64,000 bases of DNA from Candidatus Poribacteria bacterium. GTDB lineage: Bacteria; Poribacteria; WGA-4E; PCPOR2b. Positions 9,040 to 18,510 of this stretch are shown piece after piece. Positions within the stretch are counted from its first letter, which is position 1; each line of letters opens with the position of its first letter. Position numbers and translations under genes: made by a program. Below the pieces are notes generated by a model, which was not told where the DNA came from, did no database searches, and saw nothing but the letters and a program-made list of their open reading frames with translations. The stretch covers positions 258,626-322,625 of the forward strand of contig PYIZ01000010.1 of the NCBI GenBank assembly GCA_003635265.1, written 5' to 3'.

Positions 9040-9791
9040 TAGTTCACCACAGAGAAACCGTATTTTTCAAAGATTGCTGCAGCTTCGGCGGTTTGTAGGT
9101 AGTCTAAGAAGGCTTGAGCGAGAACTTTACTTCTGGTATCTCGGAGCACCGCTGCCGGATACACAATCGGGGAATGACTTGAGTCGGGAAATTGATAGAT
9201 AACCTTGACCTTTTTACTGAGCCTTGCGTCTGTTTGATAGACAATCCCGAGGTCAACCTCGCCAGATTCCACATACGCCAAAGTGGATCGAACATCGGCA
9301 CTAGGGATCAACTTCGGCTGTACAGCATCCCAAACCCCCAAGTGGGTCAAAGCCTCTTTCCCATAAATTCCAGCAGGAACTGAATTTGGTTCCCCGATAG
9401 CAATCCGTCGAATCGAGTCTTGGGGGAGCAGCCTCGCATCAGTTATGGCAAGCGAACTAGTGACAGGTGCCACCAATACCAATCGGTTGCTCAAAATCCC
9501 TTGGCGCGAACCGTCATAAAGTAGTCCTGCCTCTTGTAACGCATCCATCTGCCTAGGACTGGCAGAGATGAATACATCCGCTGGTGCACCTTTCTCGATT
9601 TGGCGTTGTAACGTGGAAGAACCGGCAAAGTTACAATATACCTTGACATTCCGCACCTCACCAAAACGCTGGCTGACCTCGGTGAGTGCGTCAGTCAAAC
9701 TCATCGCGCCAAAGATAACCAATTCCTCGCCCGAACAACCGATTAACAGATAAACAAAACTCAGAAAAATAAGCAGATGCAGTGTCATCAA
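9039..9791 (-). CDS. modA: molybdate ABC transporter substrate-binding protein
   Basis: 250 aa with a lipoprotein-like signal (LLIGCSG). ModA-like pattern: VFGAMSLTDAL...VYCNFAGSSTLQRQIEKGAPADVFISA. Confidence 0.85.
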   Translation of the reverse strand: MMTLHLLIFLSFVYLLIGCSGEELVIFGAMSLTDALTEVSQRFGEVRNVKVYCNFAGSSTLQRQIEKGAPADVFISASPRQMDALQEAGLLYDGSRQGILSNRLVLVAPVTSSLAITDARLLPQDSIRRIAIGEPNSVPAGIYGKEALTHLGVWDAVQPKLIPSADVRSTLAYVESGEVDLGIVYQTDARLSKKVKVIYQFPDSSHSPIVYPAAVLRDTRSKVLAQAFLDYLQTAEAAAIFEKYGFSVVN

Positions 9792-9892
9792 TTATGCAAT
9801 CTCATTTTTTGTATTGTCTAACTTCTGATAATGTGTTATCTTGCTTGCTACTGGTTAATCGAAATGACTGAAGATTCTACGGAGGAATCGCC

Positions 9893-10684
9893 ATGACAAA
9901 CCCAAATCAAAACGGTTCTCCCATTTCAGAAGCGCAAATTGAACAATATGATCGTGATGGCTACCTGCTCGTTTCTGGGTTGATTCCTGAGGACATCGCT
10001 GCAAAGGCGGAGGCTGCAATGTGGCGGTGCGCGGGAATTGATCCCGACGACCCACCCTCCTCTTGGGATCATGTCCAAGGAGGAATCTGTCTATACAACA
10101 GCGCGGATCTCGTGAACTGCTTCACACCGCAATGCCTCGCCGCAGCAGCGCAGTTGACAGGGGAAGATCCATCCACATTTAACAAGCTGCACAGACACCC
10201 AAAAACCTATTGCGCCCCAGATTTCCTAGCAGCACAAGAGGCAAAGGAAGATGTCTCCAAGTTTTTCAGATGGGATAGCGCCTACACCATCAATATCTAT
10301 CCAACCTCAGACGAATGGGAGTCTCCGACAATTACATCGGGCGGCCACCTAGATCACTCCCTTGAGGAACACTATCACAAGACCTTCCCACCCGTCTTCC
10401 GAATCGGTGCGCTGATTTATTTGAACGATATTCCTCCGCACGGCGGCGGCACGTATGTTTGGCCCGGATCGCATCATGAACTGGACCGAGTAGCGCGCAA
10501 AAAACCAGCACATTACGAATACCGTAACACACTGAACGCGGATCTCCCCGATCTCGACCTCGGCGACCCCGTGGGCATGACGATTCGGCGTGGCGATGTG
10601 CTATTCCTACATAATCTGTGCATCCATTCCGGCAGTAAGAATGTAAGCAACCAACCACGTTTTGCGCTGAATATGAAATGGTAA
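9893..10684 (+). CDS. phytanoyl-CoA dioxygenase (PhyH) family Fe(II)/2-oxoglutarate oxygenase-like protein
   Basis: The N-terminal ISEAQIEQYDRDGYLLVSGLI is typical of PhyH proteins. HLDH and a later H are candidate metal ligands. Confidence 0.55.
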   Translation: MTNPNQNGSPISEAQIEQYDRDGYLLVSGLIPEDIAAKAEAAMWRCAGIDPDDPPSSWDHVQGGICLYNSADLVNCFTPQCLAAAAQLTGEDPSTFNKLHRHPKTYCAPDFLAAQEAKEDVSKFFRWDSAYTINIYPTSDEWESPTITSGGHLDHSLEEHYHKTFPPVFRIGALIYLNDIPPHGGGTYVWPGSHHELDRVARKKPAHYEYRNTLNADLPDLDLGDPVGMTIRRGDVLFLHNLCIHSGSKNVSNQPRFALNMKW

Positions 10685-10724
10685 TGCGGATCTTTAGGAC
10701 CGATTGTGCAAGAGGATTGCGGGA

Positions 10725-11915
10725 TTATCCCTCCTCTTGGTAAAACTCCATCAAGATCTCTGCAACTTCAGGACGCGAAAACTCTGGCGGCAACATTTCA
10801 CCTGCTGCTAACATATCCCTGACCTTCGTCCCTGATAGGAACAGGTAGTCTTCCGGTCCATGTGGACAGTCACGCATCATTACAATTTCGCCGCACTGGT
10901 TGCACCAAACGGTATGATCGCCGCGAAAGATTTCGATCCCGAGGGCACCTTCGGGGATGTCATCAAAAATTGTCTGTGCATCAAAAGGTCCATAGTAATC
11001 CCCGACCCCCGCGTGGTCACGACCGACAATCAGGTGTGTGCAGCCACAATTCTGCCTGAACACCGCGTGCAACACCGCCTCGCGCGGTCCTGCGTAAAGC
11101 ATATCAAAACCGTAACCGGTAATTGAAACCGTGTTTTCAGGGAAATACAGCTCGACCATTTTGCGGATGGAAGCGTCACGGACATCGGCAGGAATATCGC
11201 CCGGCTTCAACTTCCCAAGCAGCATGTGAATCAGGACTCCGTCAGCACCAATTTCGTCTTGTGCAATTTTGCATAACTCCTCATGTGCACGGTGCATCGG
11301 ATTCCGTGTCTGGAAGGCAACAACCGTATTCCAACCCCGCTTCTCAATATCCTCTCGGATCTCAGAGGCAGTGCGGAAGGTATCCGGGAAGTCAGACCTG
11401 AAATAGGAGTAGTTGAGGACTTGGATAGAACCAGAAATCACCTGATCACCCATCTCGGTAAACGCTTCCACACCCGGGTGTGCTGGGTCCGTCGTCCGAA
11501 AAATCTGTTCAATCAGATACGTTCTCTGGTCATCGGAAATCTCTTCAATCCCCGAAACGTCCATGACAGCGATAGGCGGTTGACCATCTACATTCGGATC
11601 GAGCAACGCGATCCGTCCCGCATTTTTAATCGCATCGGTGACCTGCTCTGATTTGACAATATTTATCACCGGGATGGGCCAAAATTGACCGTTTGGCAGC
11701 GTCATATTTTCAGCGACACTTGTCGCTTCAGCGAGATTCATATAGCCGGTAAGTGGATTAAAATAGCCTGAACCGAGCATCACTGCGGATGCAGCAGCCC
11801 CTGAAGAAATTAGGAGAGAAGGTAAGTTTTCAGCCTCTTTAGTCAACGCTGCACGCTCGGCATCATCAGCAACGTAAAGCGGATTCAAAGTCTCAGAACC
11901 GTGTGGTTTAATCAT
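10725..11915 (-). CDS. sat: sulfate adenylyltransferase (ATP sulfurylase)
   Basis: Contains QTRNPMHRAHEEL and VGRDHAGVG motifs. The 396-aa length matches homo-oligomeric Sat. Confidence 0.9.
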   Translation of the reverse strand: MIKPHGSETLNPLYVADDAERAALTKEAENLPSLLISSGAAASAVMLGSGYFNPLTGYMNLAEATSVAENMTLPNGQFWPIPVINIVKSEQVTDAIKNAGRIALLDPNVDGQPPIAVMDVSGIEEISDDQRTYLIEQIFRTTDPAHPGVEAFTEMGDQVISGSIQVLNYSYFRSDFPDTFRTASEIREDIEKRGWNTVVAFQTRNPMHRAHEELCKIAQDEIGADGVLIHMLLGKLKPGDIPADVRDASIRKMVELYFPENTVSITGYGFDMLYAGPREAVLHAVFRQNCGCTHLIVGRDHAGVGDYYGPFDAQTIFDDIPEGALGIEIFRGDHTVWCNQCGEIVMMRDCPHGPEDYLFLSGTKVRDMLAAGEMLPPEFSRPEVAEILMEFYQEEG

Positions 11916-12233
11916 TCAGTGCTCCTTAGATAGATGATAGAATGGCGCAAATTGCCATCTTATTCATTTAGCATAACGCAAGTTGTCATCTTATTTACTT
12001 CAAAAGATTTCGGGTTTTCCTTATACACAATTATAATAGCGAATTTGTGCCTCATTGTCAATCGGTTTCTAGGCTTCAGATGCACCAACTTCTCCTGATT
12101 TGAGATTTGCACCCTCACCACCTTTCGCGGTCTGCGACGGTCTTTTTACATGGCAAACCGTCCACTCCAAGGATCCCGTCAACGCCAAACAGAAAAAAAA
12201 TGTAGACAAGTGAATATTTTCTGAAACATCCCC

Positions 12234-12262
12234 TTGATACTTAACGTATGTTATGGTATAAT
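12234..12262 (+). promoter_or_regulatory. sigma70-like promoter upstream of the first Rieske-fusion gene
   Basis: TTGATA (12234-12239), a 17-nt spacer, then TATAAT (12257-12262), about 85 nt upstream of the ATG at 12345. Confidence 0.5.
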
Positions 12263-12344
12263 TAACATCTATCACTTCATCTGTTGGACAGCTTTATGTA
12301 TAATTGTCATGAGAACCCCTAACCCTAGAGAGGACAAATAACGC

Positions 12345-14078
12345 ATGGCAACCCAAGAAGCACAATGGACAAAATTGGCGGATTTGAGCGATGTACCCAT
12401 CGGGGAATCAAAAGCGGTGCGGATCGGTGAAGGACGGAGCATTGCACTGTTCAATGTTGACGACAAGATCTACGCAACCGACAACCAGTGCCCCCACATG
12501 GGCTATCCACTGACACGCGGACGCATTCGACACGGCATCCTCACCTGCGACTGGCATGAACGGAGTTTCGACCTTGAAGGAGGTGGCTGCTTTAACGTCG
12601 AGTGCGACGACCTACAAACCTTTCCCGCTGAAGTACGAGACGGTGAGATCTGGGTCCAACTCGGCGATTTGACCTACAGACGAAAGGCAGAACACCTCAG
12701 CCTACTGTGGGAGGGACTTCTGAGTGGAGACCGCTGGACAATGTCAAAGGCGATTGCCCTACTCCTCAAAGGGGGCGTGCTAGAAGGCGAAATCGTCGAG
12801 TTAATCCTACGGCATCTTGGGCGACACATCGCTAGCTCACACGGCTCGGAAGCAGGTTGGGATGTCGCTCGGTTGATGAATGGCCTTTCGGTTGGACGAC
12901 GATACAAAGATGCCGACCGACTGATCGCAATGACAACTGCAGCCTGTGCCGCCTCCGGTGGAGCTGCCGAACGCCTAGAGGTCGTCCCACTGCCAGAACC
13001 GGTGGCTTGGGAGAATATTGAACCGTGGGTGCGCAGCTTCTCACGTGATGGCCACTCGGGCCGCATCGAGCGGTGCCTCTTCACCGCCTACACACTCGGC
13101 GATGCAGATAAAATTTTGCCCCTCCTTCTTGAATGTGCCGTTGAGCCACACTTTCTCGGTTTCCCGGATAATCTCATTTCCCTCGGTTACCTCTCCGAAG
13201 CGGTCGATGAATTTGACTGGGAGAAAGCATTTGAGTTGGTCTTCAATCTCGGTGCAAGCCTAGTCGGGCGCGGGCGCGGTGAACCACAACGGTTCCGGCG
13301 AGACGCTATCGCCATCATGAGAGAAAAACTCAGCGAACTGGATGCTGGGGGTGCCACAGCAACAGCCTACGATGAAGATGTCTTCGTCAACGCATTAACA
13401 AGCGTGGATATTCAGAAGTCGTTCGACGCCGTCGCAGCAGTCCTAAAAGATGGCGTTCCAATCGACCAACTTATTTCAACCCTGGTGATCCTCGCTGCCG
13501 ACCGGATGGCACGCACGCCGGTGAACGTGGATGCCGGCTGGGAATGCTTGACGACGGAACTCAACCTCGCCGCTTCACTCCGCACAGTACGACGCATCGC
13601 CGGTGATGATGCAGCGGTAAAGGGAATCTTCCACGGAGCGTGGCTTATCTTCGATGACCGTTGGCTCAACATCCCGTCGCGGGCATTGACTCCCCCGCCG
13701 GTCGAAACTGAGTGCAATGCTACCAGCGAGGAAGAAGGTATCCAACAGATTATCAATGCTATTGAAACCCTCAATGTGCAGTCGGTCGGTGGACAGGTGC
13801 TTGCGTATCTTAACGCTGGCTACTCCGGCGATGCCTTGCTCCACGCGCTCGGAAAAGCCATCCTCTGGAACGATACCGCGACTGAAATCCTTCCTACACT
13901 CCGCACCGTTTTCGATGAGTGGACAAATTGTGCAGCACACCCCGCTCGCAATCAACTGCTCGTTGCACTTGCCCGATATGCCACCGACATCCGTACTAAC
14001 AAGGACAGCGAATCTGCTACAACCACAGCGATGCGCTTTGCGGAAGGGCGAACGACGGTAGAGGTATTTGAGGATTAG
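12345..14078 (+). CDS. Rieske [2Fe-2S] domain fused to ~470-aa domain of unknown function (paralogue 1)
   Basis: CPHMGYPLTRGRIRHGILTCDWH matches C-x-H-x16-C-x2-H. I do not recognise the remaining ~470 aa. Confidence 0.7.
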   Translation: MATQEAQWTKLADLSDVPIGESKAVRIGEGRSIALFNVDDKIYATDNQCPHMGYPLTRGRIRHGILTCDWHERSFDLEGGGCFNVECDDLQTFPAEVRDGEIWVQLGDLTYRRKAEHLSLLWEGLLSGDRWTMSKAIALLLKGGVLEGEIVELILRHLGRHIASSHGSEAGWDVARLMNGLSVGRRYKDADRLIAMTTAACAASGGAAERLEVVPLPEPVAWENIEPWVRSFSRDGHSGRIERCLFTAYTLGDADKILPLLLECAVEPHFLGFPDNLISLGYLSEAVDEFDWEKAFELVFNLGASLVGRGRGEPQRFRRDAIAIMREKLSELDAGGATATAYDEDVFVNALTSVDIQKSFDAVAAVLKDGVPIDQLISTLVILAADRMARTPVNVDAGWECLTTELNLAASLRTVRRIAGDDAAVKGIFHGAWLIFDDRWLNIPSRALTPPPVETECNATSEEEGIQQIINAIETLNVQSVGGQVLAYLNAGYSGDALLHALGKAILWNDTATEILPTLRTVFDEWTNCAAHPARNQLLVALARYATDIRTNKDSESATTTAMRFAEGRTTVEVFED

Positions 14079-14147
14079 GTCAATCTTTCAAATGGCCATG
14101 AATCTTCTTGAAGAACACTTCACACAGAACAACAATGGAGATTAATC

Positions 14148-15896
14148 ATGTCAAACACATCATCCAACTTTGTCAAAGTCGGTAATCTGGATGACCTAGC
14201 AGAAGGAAAACCAAGGGCGGTTAGAGTCGAAGGACAGAGCGTTGCCTTATTCAAACACAACGGGAACATCTACGCTACTGATAATCAGTGCCCCCACATG
14301 GGCTATCCGCTTACACGCGGGCGCGTCCGTGGTGGTGTGCTCACCTGTGATTGGCACGGCTGGAGTTACGATATGGGCGGTGGTGGCTGTTTCACCGGCG
14401 GTTGTGATGACCTATCAACTTTCCCCGTCGAAGTCCGTGAGGATGAAATATACATTGATATTGCCGGAGGTGGAAACAAGCGGGACGATGCTCACTTTCT
14501 CCTTCTCCAAGAAGGACTATTAAGCGGTGACAATTGGACGCTCTCGAAGGCCGTTGCGATTATGCTCGCAAGAGGGGTTCCCGAAACGGACGTCCTGAAC
14601 CGATTGGTACGACATGGGGGTCGTCACTTTGTGACCGAACTTGACGCAGGAAATGGGGGATGGCAACTCGCGTATCTAGTCAACGGTGTGAAAGTTGCCA
14701 GTCAGTATGACCCGGAAGACCGGCTCATCCCACTGATGATGGCAGCGTCGGGTGCATCGGGACGCGCAGGTGATCGTCCGCCGGTTGCGCCTCTGCCCGG
14801 AGAGATTACGTGGGAGAAGTTAGAGCGATGGATTCGCGTCTTCTCTGCTGATCGAGAATGGGAGGGTATCGAAAAGTGTCTCATCACCGCACGGCGTCTT
14901 GGCGGGCATGACGACAAGATCATCCCGCTGGCGTATGAATGTGTTGTTGAGCCCTTCTTCCTAGGCCATAACGAGAGTCTGCTCTATATTGGCTATCTCG
15001 CCGAATTGCTCGAACAGTTCGGTTGGGAGGTTGCGGAGGAGTTGGTCTGCAATCTCACGGCGAAAATACTTGGTCGGGGCCGTGGTGCACCCGACGAAAT
15101 CCGGCGCGAGGCAATCAGCAAGTTGGAATCGCTGGAGGATTTCATCGCCGATTTAGCTGCCAATCCGCCGACTCAAACAACCGATTTTGACGAGGACGCA
15201 TTCGCAGCAGGTCTTGTCAGCGGCGATCTTGACGACACATTCGATACTATCACCAACACGTTGAAAAGCGGTGTTGATATAAACCGTATCGCTTCGACGA
15301 TGGTGCTTATAGGCGCAGATCGGATGGCACGCACCCCAGCAAGTATGAGCCCCGGCTGGTGGGAACTAGGACGGGAGATTTCTCTTGCCTCGTCCCTCCG
15401 CACAACATTGCGATTTGCCGGTTTTCAGGTTGCCGCCAAAGCGCTCTACCACGTAGCGTGGGAATTCTTCAGCAACCGCTGGCTTAACATCAGGCAGATG
15501 CCACTCAGCGCACCAAGAGGCGCAAACCCATCAGAGGCATCAAACGAACAGGAAGCAATCAATGAGGTCATAGATACTATTGAAACGGTTCAAATTCAAG
15601 AAATTGGGCGGATTACGCGACAGTATCTCAACAGTGGCTTCTCCGCTGACCGCTTATTGTCGGAGCTGGGGCAGTGCATCCTCAAGGACGATAACGGTTG
15701 GGACATCCTCAACACATTGCGGACCACTTTTGATGAGTGGAAACTTTGTCAAGGACACCCCGCTCGCACTCAGTTGCTCGTTGGACTGGCACGTTGGACC
15801 ACCGATGTGCGGAAAAACACCAACAGCGATTCCGCAGCGAGAACTGCACAGCGATTCGCACGGGGTGAAACTGCGGTTGATCTATATGAACAATAA
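14148..15896 (+). CDS. Rieske [2Fe-2S] domain fused to ~470-aa domain of unknown function (paralogue 2)
   Basis: CPHMGYPLTRGRVRGGVLTCDWH. It is collinear with the upstream paralogue over its full length, with roughly half the positions identical by eye. Confidence 0.7.
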   Translation: MSNTSSNFVKVGNLDDLAEGKPRAVRVEGQSVALFKHNGNIYATDNQCPHMGYPLTRGRVRGGVLTCDWHGWSYDMGGGGCFTGGCDDLSTFPVEVREDEIYIDIAGGGNKRDDAHFLLLQEGLLSGDNWTLSKAVAIMLARGVPETDVLNRLVRHGGRHFVTELDAGNGGWQLAYLVNGVKVASQYDPEDRLIPLMMAASGASGRAGDRPPVAPLPGEITWEKLERWIRVFSADREWEGIEKCLITARRLGGHDDKIIPLAYECVVEPFFLGHNESLLYIGYLAELLEQFGWEVAEELVCNLTAKILGRGRGAPDEIRREAISKLESLEDFIADLAANPPTQTTDFDEDAFAAGLVSGDLDDTFDTITNTLKSGVDINRIASTMVLIGADRMARTPASMSPGWWELGREISLASSLRTTLRFAGFQVAAKALYHVAWEFFSNRWLNIRQMPLSAPRGANPSEASNEQEAINEVIDTIETVQIQEIGRITRQYLNSGFSADRLLSELGQCILKDDNGWDILNTLRTTFDEWKLCQGHPARTQLLVGLARWTTDVRKNTNSDSAARTAQRFARGETAVDLYEQ

Positions 15897-16284
15897 AGAT
15901 GCTAGATTGAAATGCGCTATCCCTCCTCGGATAGTGCATTCCAATCCCATAAAAAAGCTTACCTGCTACCTAGTGGCAGTTGTTTTATTGTTAAGTCCCA
16001 TCTCGACCGCCTACAGCATCAGTGTAAAGACACAGGGAAAATTGGCGATCGTAGCAATTCTAGGCGGCGTTGCAGTCCTGACAAAATATCTCGTAGGACG
16101 CGATCAACAGGCTGTCGAGGCGCTTCATGCCAAACTCGGCACACCGGAGCGTGTCGTCAAGTTCGAACACGGTTTTGATCGGTGGCGCGTTGAATGGTAT
16201 GGAAATCGAAGATATGTATTCCGAAACAACATCTTGCAGAAAGAGACTGGCAAAAGACCAGCTGAAGTCCTTGAAGCATTTTAA
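15886..16284 (+). CDS. hypothetical membrane-anchored protein (132 aa)
   Basis: This is the in-frame ATG within the 234-aa track ORF that begins at the end of the Rieske gene. It has a hydrophobic segment, LTCYLVAVVLLLSPISTAYS. The 5' part of the track ORF is an alternate frame of the Rieske gene. Confidence 0.35.
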   Translation: MNNKDARLKCAIPPRIVHSNPIKKLTCYLVAVVLLLSPISTAYSISVKTQGKLAIVAILGGVAVLTKYLVGRDQQAVEALHAKLGTPERVVKFEHGFDRWRVEWYGNRRYVFRNNILQKETGKRPAEVLEAF

Positions 16285-17029
16285 GCTGTTCAGCAGCTGG
16301 ATCTGGATACTCTCAATCTACCTCCTCATCTTGATACTAATCGGCTGCGACACCGATCCAACCCTGACCCCTCCAGTCCGACATACCGTAGAAATCAGCG
16401 AACTAAGTCTGACAAATCAAACGCTCGAGGCCGGCGGCACCGCCACGGTTACTGTAACGTTTGATTATTCAGGCGACGCGCTAGATCTAATTTTTGGATG
16501 GGAGACAAGCAGCGGGCAGATTATTGGGGAAGGATCAAGCGTGACCTACGTTGCGTCAGACACACCCGGCACACACACAATCACGCTACAGTTGACCGAT
16601 GGGTTCGCAACAGCTGAACACGCCATCACAGTTGAGGTACTCGCCCAACAAGCACTCCTGATAGATGCTGATACCTATTGGGTGGGTCAAGGCGAAACGC
16701 TCGCGCTGAAATATCAGGTCAATGTCACCCAGATCTTGCATCAGCCCGTGATACTACAATATGATATCGCTCAGGACGAAGCCAGAGCCGGCGCGTTTCT
16801 GAATGTTGATGTCGATGGAGTGATGCTTGTCGAAGAAGAGGCAATTGGAGAGGTAGATCCCCCTGACAAGATAATCATTACCGGAGAGACCGATGTGTCA
16901 GGAATCATCACGGGGCCGGGGACGTACGAAATAACACTGACTTTGGTTGTTATAAACGCCGTTGAGCGCGGGTGGCTGTTACAAACAGCAGAACTGATCG
17001 GTGCGGAGGGATCAGCGATTCAACTGTGA
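16214..17029 (+). CDS. hypothetical lipoprotein with beta-rich (Ig-like) domains
   Basis: Lipobox-like LILILIGCDTD. The start codon is uncertain; ATG at 16214 was chosen and overlaps the previous ORF. Confidence 0.45.
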   Translation: MYSETTSCRKRLAKDQLKSLKHFKLFSSWIWILSIYLLILILIGCDTDPTLTPPVRHTVEISELSLTNQTLEAGGTATVTVTFDYSGDALDLIFGWETSSGQIIGEGSSVTYVASDTPGTHTITLQLTDGFATAEHAITVEVLAQQALLIDADTYWVGQGETLALKYQVNVTQILHQPVILQYDIAQDEARAGAFLNVDVDGVMLVEEEAIGEVDPPDKIIITGETDVSGIITGPGTYEITLTLVVINAVERGWLLQTAELIGAEGSAIQL

Positions 17030-17088
17030 AGGGATAACCTAGATTCCTAGTAGTAGGCATACTCGGTATGCGGTAATCAGATTGCGTG

Positions 17089-17188
17089 TTGGGTTTCACT
17101 GTCTCCATTTCTAAAACGATGTCGTTGAAAAACTGAACCGTTATTGGTATTGATACCAATTTGGTTTGCCCCGTTCAACCCAACCTAC
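17089..17188 (+). repeat. split copy of the TTGGGTTTCAC / GTTCAACCCAACCTAC element
   Basis: The exact 11-mer (17089-17099) and exact 16-mer (17173-17188) recur on the opposite strand at 46373-46406. Here they are 73 nt apart around a TTGGTAT-TG-ATACCAA palindrome. Confidence 0.5.
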
Positions 17189-17254
17189 GTACTATTAGCA
17201 ACTATTTACACCTCAAGTTCCGTGCGTGGAAAATAGGGAAATTTGTTGCACCCT

Positions 17255-18295
17255 TTACGGCAACACCAATACCTTCACCGAACCGTATGCTTCCCGTCCA
17301 TCGGCAACAGCAAACGCTTCACTAATCTCGTCCAAAGGAAAGCGATGGGTAATTAGCGGCGTGGGATCAAGCTTGCCGGCTCCCATCAGGTTCAGGGCGA
17401 TCTGGAACTCCTTCTCCCCTTCACGTCGTCCGTAACAGAAAGCCCACGTAACCGTCAACTCGCGACTACGCGCGTAACGGGCATCCAGCATCAAAGGAGC
17501 CACATGTCCACCCACCATGCAAATCCTTCCGCGTTTAGCAGCAATTTCGGTTGCCTGCATCAGCGTGTTTGATCGTCCACCCACTGCCTCAAAGACAACG
17601 GGAGCACCCCGACCGTTGGTCCACGCCATTACATCCTCCACCGGATTTGCCGTATCGACATTTATCGGAATCGCTCCCATCATCTGTTGTGCAATCTGCA
17701 AGGGACCGTCAGGTTTGCCCAAAATGGCAACCGATTCCGCCCCTGCCAAATCTGCCATCTGAGCGATAGTTAGACCAATGGGTCCGCTTCCGATCACAGC
17801 GACCTGATCACCGGGTTGCACCGGAACCATCGACAGCGCATGGACAGCCACGGCGTAGACTTCAGCCAACGCGCCGGCTTCAAAAGAGACATTATCCGGG
17901 AGGATGTAAACGTTATCCTCAGGAGCTACCATGTATTCAGCAAATCCACCTCCACGAACCGTCCCGCCGATGTGCACCAATTCGGAACAGATATTATAGT
18001 TTCCGCTGAGACACTCCGGACACTCGTTACAAGGAATAGTCGGCTCGATAGCAACGCGGGCACCTTCCCTGTGTTTGGCATCCCCCGGTCCAAGACCAAC
18101 TACGTGACCGGTCAATTCATGTCCTGCAATTCGGGCAGAGGACCGCCTCGGATTTTCCGCATGATAACCGTGTAAATCGCTGCCGCAGATACCCGTTGCC
18201 TCTACCTGAACTAACACTTCGCCCGGTCCCGGCACTGGTTCAGGCAGCGTCTCAAGTCGTATATCTTTCCCACCATAAAATCGTGCAGCCTTCAT
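17255..18295 (-). CDS. zinc-dependent alcohol/polyol dehydrogenase (MDR family)
   Basis: GICGSDLHGY zinc motif, structural Zn cysteines CNECPEC and NAD fold VIGSGPIGL. Confidence 0.8.
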   Translation of the reverse strand: MKAARFYGGKDIRLETLPEPVPGPGEVLVQVEATGICGSDLHGYHAENPRRSSARIAGHELTGHVVGLGPGDAKHREGARVAIEPTIPCNECPECLSGNYNICSELVHIGGTVRGGGFAEYMVAPEDNVYILPDNVSFEAGALAEVYAVAVHALSMVPVQPGDQVAVIGSGPIGLTIAQMADLAGAESVAILGKPDGPLQIAQQMMGAIPINVDTANPVEDVMAWTNGRGAPVVFEAVGGRSNTLMQATEIAAKRGRICMVGGHVAPLMLDARYARSRELTVTWAFCYGRREGEKEFQIALNLMGAGKLDPTPLITHRFPLDEISEAFAVADGREAYGSVKVLVLP

Positions 18296-18407
18296 TGTCT
18301 CCTCCGGGAATCAATTTACTATTGCAAAAAATGGATTGACTAAACTGGAAATCTAGCTATTCCCTCATAACCGAAAGCCTTCAATGTAAAGTCAAGACTG
18401 AAAATAC

Positions 18408-18436
18408 TTGACAGGCACGAAGAGATTAAATAAAAT
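18408..18436 (+). promoter_or_regulatory. sigma70-like promoter upstream of the lactonase gene
   Basis: TTGACA (18408-18413), a 17-nt spacer, then TAAAAT (18431-18436), about 75 nt upstream of the ATG at 18511. Confidence 0.5.
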
Positions 18437-18510
18437 CCACCAACCCCGTTCTGAATCATTATCATATCTACGTGCTAAAAGCGCACATGCCTAGACTAAC
18501 GAGGAACACA

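Noticed and set aside
8513-9202. A 229-aa plus-strand ORF, plus other long alternate-frame ORFs inside modB/modA, the Rieske genes, rpsA and leuC.
   Set aside because: They are antisense to, or overlap, genes with strong motif support. Their translations are Arg/Ser/Pro-rich as expected for the wrong frame of GC-rich coding DNA.
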